This document shows, one piece after another, positions 58,492 to 64,000 of a stretch of DNA of 64,000 nucleotides. Position 1 is the first letter of the stretch; every line of letters begins with the position of its first letter. The stretch is from Fibrobacter sp. (GTDB lineage Bacteria > Fibrobacterota > Fibrobacteria > Fibrobacterales > Fibrobacteraceae), in contig JAZLMK010000082.1 in NCBI GenBank assembly GCA_045598645.1, forward strand, positions 18,159-82,158, read 5' to 3'. A program made the translations under genes and the position numbers. A model generated the notes under the pieces. The model was given only the letters and a program-made list of their open reading frames with translations, had not been told where the DNA came from and ran no database searches.

Positions 58492-58572
58492 CACGAGAAC
58501 TTTGAAAATCTACAAACAAGGGACCAGTCCCAAAGGGGATTTCCGTGCTATTCAAAAAAATACTGGTTTCCT

Positions 58573-59733
58573 CTAGGCAGCCTTGGATTTCTTGCGCTTT
58601 TTATTCCACACCTTGAACTCCATGTACAGGGTGCTCACCGTATAGACGAACAGCAAGAAGAGGATGGTGTTCTTGGGGCGGTCCAAATTGCAGATGCCCC
58701 AGGCGATGGAAATGAGCGGCAGGTGGATGAGGTACGGATAGAAACTCGCACGGCCCACGCGGCGCACGATGCCGATACAGAAGAACCTGGCCATGAAGCC
58801 CTTGCCCGAAAGGAGCGAAAGCACGAAGAGCCCGTAAATGAACACAGGCAGGCTATGGTGGAGGAAGTAGTTGACGCCCGCATTCAGGTTCGGCCCCATG
58901 AGGAAAAGGCTTCCGTAGAGGGCGGCGAGCAAGAGCGCCTGGAAAATCCCGGACACGTAATCCCGCTTGAGGTAGTCGAACACGCCCTCGCTGTAAAGGC
59001 GGAAAATGACCATGCCGAAGATGTACTCGAACACGCGGACTGGCGCGAACATGTGGAAGAACGTGTACTTCTGGGTGTAGCCCACGAACCAGAGGTTCCC
59101 CGTGAGGCCGAAAACCGCGGCCCACACGAGACCGGGGATGAACACTCCGCCAAAGAGGAACCAGAGCGTGCGGCGGTTCTGCTTGAAGAGCCAGCGGCTG
59201 AACCAGGGCGTAATCGCGTAGCAGAGGAAGAAGCTCGTCAAGGACCAGCTGGGCTCGTTGAGTTTCATGCCGAGGTCCGGGGCGATGGACCAGGTGAGCG
59301 TGAGGTGCATGAGCAGGCTCCACCAGGGGCGCCACATATTCGCAAGCCCCTTGGCGGCACAGTCGCCGAGCTCGCCGAAGGCAGGGAGGTGGCTGTAGCC
59401 GCTGAACTTGAAAATCAGCACCACGAACATGAGGAGCGTCATGAAGAAGTGGAGCCGGTATAGCTTCGCTATACGGGCGAACATGAAGGGGACCACCGGG
59501 ATGCGGCGTTCCGGGTCGCTGAACTTGCTTGCAAAGAGGAACCCGGCAAAGACGTAGAAGATGCCCGCGGCGAAGGCCGGCGCCTTGAAAATCGGCATGA
59601 GCCAGGTGCAGCCCGCCATGTACTGGAGCGCATTGGAACTGCCCAAGTGGAGCATCACGATGTTGATGCTCGCAAGCAGGCGGAGTCCGTCGATCGCCGG
59701 GAAGTAATTCGCCTTTTTCGGGTTCTGTTCCAT
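58573..59733 (-). CDS. Acyltransferase-3 (OafA-like) membrane protein
   Basis: IDGLR..AS...H, F.V.AGF, RIAKLY, WSL and SF..YLIH motifs. Confidence 0.88.
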   Translation of the reverse strand: MEQNPKKANYFPAIDGLRLLASINIVMLHLGSSNALQYMAGCTWLMPIFKAPAFAAGIFYVFAGFLFASKFSDPERRIPVVPFMFARIAKLYRLHFFMTLLMFVVLIFKFSGYSHLPAFGELGDCAAKGLANMWRPWWSLLMHLTLTWSIAPDLGMKLNEPSWSLTSFFLCYAITPWFSRWLFKQNRRTLWFLFGGVFIPGLVWAAVFGLTGNLWFVGYTQKYTFFHMFAPVRVFEYIFGMVIFRLYSEGVFDYLKRDYVSGIFQALLLAALYGSLFLMGPNLNAGVNYFLHHSLPVFIYGLFVLSLLSGKGFMARFFCIGIVRRVGRASFYPYLIHLPLISIAWGICNLDRPKNTILFLLFVYTVSTLYMEFKVWNKKRKKSKAA

Positions 59734-59747
59734 GCGCAAGAATATAG

Positions 59748-59775
59748 AAAAACTCCCGGACAAAGTCCGGGAGTT
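59748..59775 (-). terminator. Terminator after the first GH10 gene
   Basis: AAAAACTCCCGGAC-aaa-GTCCGGGAGTT. Confidence 0.8.
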
Positions 59776-59811
59776 GGTTCATGGTGTTTTGGATTAGGAT
59801 ATTTAATTTTA

Positions 59812-61713
59812 TTAACGGCTCACGCGCACGCTCTGTTTTTCGCCCGTAAAGCGGTTAACGAGGAAGTAAACGCCCGAAGCCCTGACAGCGGAACTGTGCT
59901 GGAGCATTTCGCCCGCGGCCTTGAAACCATAAGCGCTCATGATGCCCAGGTAATGGCCCTGCATATCGATGACTCGGTAATCCTGGAGAGCATTGGGGTC
60001 GTACTGGAGTCGGGCATGGGCGAGAGCGTCGGTGCCACTACCGGAATCGGAACTATTGACAATCGGTTCCGGGTCGGTCGCGTCCTTGCCCTTCACGAAC
60101 GTCACGTAGTCAATGTCGAACCAGTCCTTGACCGCGTTGAAGCGAAGAACATGCTGACCGGCAGGGAGAGTCACGTTAGTCTTGACTTTTGCGTACTCGT
60201 CGAAACTGTCGGCATCGCTACCGGCAGGGACATCCATATTGCCCGTGAGTTCCTGTCCGTCCAAAGTGAAGTTGAAAGTGGAGCCTCCACCAGAAGCCAC
60301 CGCGGCAAAGAACGTGTAATCGCCCGCTTCGGTCACGTTGACAGTATATTCCAGCCATTCGCCGGCCTGGTTGTAACCGATAACCAGTTTATCGCCCTTC
60401 TTGTAAATGTCCACGCCTGTACCTTCGCGATAATTGCTGCATTCGGCTTCCTTGCCTGCGTCGGTGCAGGAATGGTTATCGGAGTCGTTTTCACTGACCG
60501 TGACATTGCCTTTACCGATGCCGGAAATATCAAAATCTTCCATTTCGATTTTACCCGGGATTTCGAAAGCCTTGCCCTTGAACAATTCGCGTTCCTTGGG
60601 TTCGACAGGAGTGAACGTAATGTCGTTCTGGCCCTTGTCCAGGTTCTTCGCAAAGTATTCCTCGAGCCACACCATGGCAGCGCGCTTTCTGCCATCCGAT
60701 TCCATAATGCCCGTGTTTGCAGCCCAGGTAGCGCCGTTGATGTAGCCCCAGATGGTGATGCCGCCAATCCAGGGCGTTTCCCACATAAAGGGAATTTGGT
60801 TCGCGTAGTCGTTTTTCTGTTTCTGGTCGTCGGCTTCGCCGATATCGTATTCGGAAATCAGCAGCGGAAGGCCGGTCTCGTTATGGATCCTGGTCAGTTT
60901 GCTCTCGAAGTCGGACTTGCTCATGCCCTTGCAATCGTGAGACTGCTGGCCGTAGAAGTCGATGGGGGCGCCGTTCGCAACAAGGGTCTTCACCATTTCA
61001 ATACCCTCGTTCATCTGCCACGAAAGAGTGTTGTAATCGTTGTAGATGAGTTTCGCATGCGGCCAGCGTTCGCGGGCCATCTCGAAAGCGGTCTTCACGA
61101 AATTGTACTGGTGCTTGCCGCCAATGACTTCATCGCCGCCAAGAGCCGGGATGATGTAGGTACCGCCGCAATCGGGGTCGTCGGTGCTGATACCTTCGGC
61201 GCCCTGCGCAGGCTTGCTGTAGCCGGAATGGTAGTTGTTGCCATCCCAGATGGCTTCGTTCACCACGTCGATGTATTCAAGGTCGGGGAACTTTGCAGCC
61301 ACGGCATCGAACCATTCGACAATATACTGTTTCGTCTTTTCCTTGGTAATGCCAGGATTCTTCTTGGTGCAAAGGAAATCTGGTTTTTGGGAACCCCAAA
61401 TGAGGGCGTGGAACTTGAAAGTACGTCCCGGCTGCGCCTTGGCCCACTTGTAGCCGTTTTCGCAACTGTCAAATCCATTGAAATTGAACTTGCTCTTGCC
61501 GCTGTTATCAACGGAATGGATGGTTCCCCACTTACAACCGTTTTCGTTAGTAAGTTGGTTCCAGTACGTGCCCATATCCGAACGGACTTGGCTACTGGTA
61601 GTGATATTGCCTAGGAATTTCGCCCCGCCATCGGCAAGGGCTGCAAAACTAATGGAGGTTGTCGCAAGGACAGCCACAACGGCCTTGGAGACCGCAAAAA
61701 AAGATTTTCTCAT
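59812..61713 (-). CDS. GH10 endo-1,4-beta-xylanase + CBM6-like module + basic C-terminal domain
   Basis: ENGCKW, HALIWGSQ, DVVNEA, YNDYN, ISEYD and GEWLEYTVNV motifs; start MRKSFF. Confidence 0.92.
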   Translation of the reverse strand: MRKSFFAVSKAVVAVLATTSISFAALADGGAKFLGNITTSSQVRSDMGTYWNQLTNENGCKWGTIHSVDNSGKSKFNFNGFDSCENGYKWAKAQPGRTFKFHALIWGSQKPDFLCTKKNPGITKEKTKQYIVEWFDAVAAKFPDLEYIDVVNEAIWDGNNYHSGYSKPAQGAEGISTDDPDCGGTYIIPALGGDEVIGGKHQYNFVKTAFEMARERWPHAKLIYNDYNTLSWQMNEGIEMVKTLVANGAPIDFYGQQSHDCKGMSKSDFESKLTRIHNETGLPLLISEYDIGEADDQKQKNDYANQIPFMWETPWIGGITIWGYINGATWAANTGIMESDGRKRAAMVWLEEYFAKNLDKGQNDITFTPVEPKERELFKGKAFEIPGKIEMEDFDISGIGKGNVTVSENDSDNHSCTDAGKEAECSNYREGTGVDIYKKGDKLVIGYNQAGEWLEYTVNVTEAGDYTFFAAVASGGGSTFNFTLDGQELTGNMDVPAGSDADSFDEYAKVKTNVTLPAGQHVLRFNAVKDWFDIDYVTFVKGKDATDPEPIVNSSDSGSGTDALAHARLQYDPNALQDYRVIDMQGHYLGIMSAYGFKAAGEMLQHSSAVRASGVYFLVNRFTGEKQSVRVSR

Positions 61714-61808
61714 ATCCAACATCCTTTGTAAGTTCCACGTTCTACACCGGAACATCTACAATCTAAGTCGGAATCCGATAAAAGTCATCCCCAGCCACAA
61801 ACAATCTT

Positions 61809-61828
61809 TGGACAGATTGTCAATAGGC
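61809..61828. promoter_or_regulatory. Palindromic candidate regulator site upstream of the first GH10 gene
   Basis: TGGACA-gat-TGTCAA-TAGGC; a near-copy lies at 63875. Confidence 0.55.
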
Positions 61829-61860
61829 AAAAAAAAGAATCCCGGATTTCTCCGAGATTC
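61829..61860 (-). terminator. Terminator after the second GH10 gene
   Basis: A-tract followed by GAATCCCGGA-tttc-TCCGAGATTC. Confidence 0.7.
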
Positions 61861-61890
61861 CTGGTGTTTTGGATTAGGATCTATTGAAGG

Positions 61891-63771
61891 TTAGCGAGTC
61901 ACACGGACAGACTTCATTTCACCGGTGTAACGGTTGATGAGGAAGTACACGCCGCTGGACTTGACATAGGTGCTGTGCTGGAGGATGTCAGTAGCAGCAT
62001 CGAAGCCATAGCCGCTCAAGATGCCCATGTAGTGGCCCTGAGTATCGATGACACGGTAGTGCTGCAGGGCATTGGGATCGTACTCGATACGCTTCTGGAC
62101 GAAGATATCGGTACCGCCATTGCCGGAATCAGAACTGCTGGCAATCGGTTCGGGGTCGGTAGCATCCTTACCCTTCACGAAGGTGATGTAGTCGATGTCC
62201 ATCCAGTCCTCGACAGCCGTGAAGCGGAGAACATGCTGTCCGGCCGGGAGAGTCACGTTCTTGCTCACCTTGTTGTAATCGTCATAGTTGTCGGCGTCGG
62301 AGTTGGCGGGCACCTTAATGTCGCCAGTAAGTTCCTTGCCGTCAAGAGTGAAGTTGAAGGAGGAGCCGCCACCGGAAGTAACCGCAGCGAAGAATGTGTA
62401 GTCGCCGGCTTCCTTCACGTTGATGGTGTATTCCAGCCATTCGCCTGCATTGACGTAGCCGAGGACAACGCCGGTAGCCTTCTTGTACAGATCGACACCC
62501 GGGGCGTCTTCACGGTAGTTGCTGCATTCGGCTTCCTTGCCGGCATCGGTGCAGGAATGGTTGTCGGAATCGTTTTCGCTATAGGTGATGTTGGAGGTAC
62601 CGTCTTCGTTCTTGCCCTTGCCCGAAATGTCGAAATCTTCCATTTCGATCTTGCCCGGGATTTCGAACGGATTGCCCTTGAAGTACTGGCGCGGTTCCGG
62701 ATCGACAGGCTTGCCGCCGGCAAGGCCCGTGGAGTTCTGGCTCTTCGCCTTGTTTGCTTCATTGCCGAAGTATTCCTTCAGCCACTTCATTGCTGCACGG
62801 TCCTGTCCATCCTTGATAATGCCGGAATGGTCAATCCACGTTGCACCGTAGATGTAGCCCCAAATGGTGATACCAGCAATGTGTTCGTTTTCCATGAAGA
62901 AGGAAATCTGATCCTGGTAGCACTGCTTCTGGGAGTTGTCGTCAGCAATACTGATGTCGTATTCAGAAATGAACATCGGCATCTGGGTCTTTTCCCAAAT
63001 TTCATTGATCGTGTTCTTGAGGGTATTGATGTTCAAGCATCCGCCGCCACCACCGGTACCGCCAGCGCCACCGCCCTGGGTCGTCATGTCATGAGCCTGA
63101 AGGCCGTAGGCATCGACAGGAGCGCCGCCCTTCTTGATGGTGTTGATGAGGTTGATACCGCCATCCTTGTCCCATTGCACGGTATTGTAGTCGTTGTAAA
63201 TCAAAATGGCATCCGGCCAACGATCACGTGCCATCTGGAATGCGGTCACCACGAACTTGTAGTCGCCATTATCGCCACCAAGAGCGGCCGGGATGTTGTT
63301 GCCGTTACCATAGCCGGAGTGGTAACCGTTGCCACCTCTAATGGCTTCGTTCACGACGTCGATCATTTCGAGGTCCGGATACTGTTTTTTGACACGGTCA
63401 AACCAATTGGTAATGGCCGTTTTCGTGTCAGCAGCACTAAGGCCGTTCAGCCAGTTCGGGTACTGGGAGCCCCACACAAGAGCGTGGAACTTGAAGTGTC
63501 CACCGTTATTCTTCGCCCAGTTATAGGCGGCGTCGCAACCGCTAAAGTTGTAATTGCCTCGGGAGCCTTCGATGGAAGCCCACTTACATTCGTTTTCGGC
63601 CGTAATCTGGTTCCAGTAGGTACCGAAATCAGAGCGGACCTGACCACGAGTGGTAATGTTACCGACGAACTTCGCGAAACCATCGGCGAGGCCGGGTCCC
63701 GCAAAGGAGAATGATGACGCCGCAAGGGCGAACATCAGTGCCTTTGTGGCACGGGAAAGTGATCTTTTCAT
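61891..63771 (-). CDS. GH10 endo-1,4-beta-xylanase + CBM6-like module + basic C-terminal domain (paralog)
   Basis: ENECKW, HALVWGSQ, DVVNEA, YNDYN, ISEYD and GEWLEYTINV motifs; start MKRSLS. Confidence 0.92.
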   Translation of the reverse strand: MKRSLSRATKALMFALAASSFSFAGPGLADGFAKFVGNITTRGQVRSDFGTYWNQITAENECKWASIEGSRGNYNFSGCDAAYNWAKNNGGHFKFHALVWGSQYPNWLNGLSAADTKTAITNWFDRVKKQYPDLEMIDVVNEAIRGGNGYHSGYGNGNNIPAALGGDNGDYKFVVTAFQMARDRWPDAILIYNDYNTVQWDKDGGINLINTIKKGGAPVDAYGLQAHDMTTQGGGAGGTGGGGGCLNINTLKNTINEIWEKTQMPMFISEYDISIADDNSQKQCYQDQISFFMENEHIAGITIWGYIYGATWIDHSGIIKDGQDRAAMKWLKEYFGNEANKAKSQNSTGLAGGKPVDPEPRQYFKGNPFEIPGKIEMEDFDISGKGKNEDGTSNITYSENDSDNHSCTDAGKEAECSNYREDAPGVDLYKKATGVVLGYVNAGEWLEYTINVKEAGDYTFFAAVTSGGGSSFNFTLDGKELTGDIKVPANSDADNYDDYNKVSKNVTLPAGQHVLRFTAVEDWMDIDYITFVKGKDATDPEPIASSSDSGNGGTDIFVQKRIEYDPNALQHYRVIDTQGHYMGILSGYGFDAATDILQHSTYVKSSGVYFLINRYTGEMKSVRVTR

Positions 63772-63874
63772 ATCCACATCCTTTTTGTTGAAATTTTCTT
63801 CAACATCCCATAAACTTTCTTTATAAAGATACCGCCCCCCAAAAAGGAAATTCCTCCTTGGAACAAAAGTTCCA

Positions 63875-63894
63875 TTGACATATTGTCCATAGGC
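63875..63894. promoter_or_regulatory. Palindromic candidate regulator site upstream of the second GH10 gene
   Basis: TTGACA-tat-TGTCCA-TAGGC. Confidence 0.55.
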
Positions 63895-64000
63895 GCCCGT
63901 AACGAAAAGTTTCGTTTACATTTCGTAAAAAGGGGGCTTTTTTAATTTTTCTTAACACAAAAGTGCCTTTTTTCGCGAAATTTGCCGTTTCAAAAATGTC

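Overview
Chromosomal window from a Fibrobacter-type rumen/gut bacterium. The assignment is inferred from the TIGR02147-, TIGR02171- and FISUMP-like paralog families and the GH8/GH10 enzymes with Fibrobacter-type C-terminal tails. From left to right it holds: the rpsB-tsf-pyrH-frr-uppS-cdsA cluster; a flavodoxin-like gene; a TIGR02147 + double-FISUMP lipoprotein pair; rplM-rpsI; a CBS protein and a barrel-fused SppA; a ~24 kb Wzc/Wzx/Wzy surface-polysaccharide locus (TagD, CotH kinases, VioA, two ATP-grasp ligases, an opine dehydrogenase, two LicD, Ugd, with an LTA-synthase remnant and an IS30 remnant); a TIGR02171 lipoprotein; mlaD-ptsH-ptsI-slt; an M16 peptidase; a non-coding region with a candidate ~81-nt structured RNA and a 12-copy 52/53-bp palindromic repeat array; batA/batB split by a degenerate GGDEF gene; and a GH8 / acyltransferase / two-GH10 cluster. 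The strongest leads are the opine/ATP-grasp/LicD glycan-decoration pathway, the promoter-defined small RNA next to the repeat array, an ATC start codon for rpsI, a palindromic site at identical spacing upstream of both xylanases, and many apparently leaderless genes. All calls were made by eye from the sequence and the ORF track; no database searches were run.
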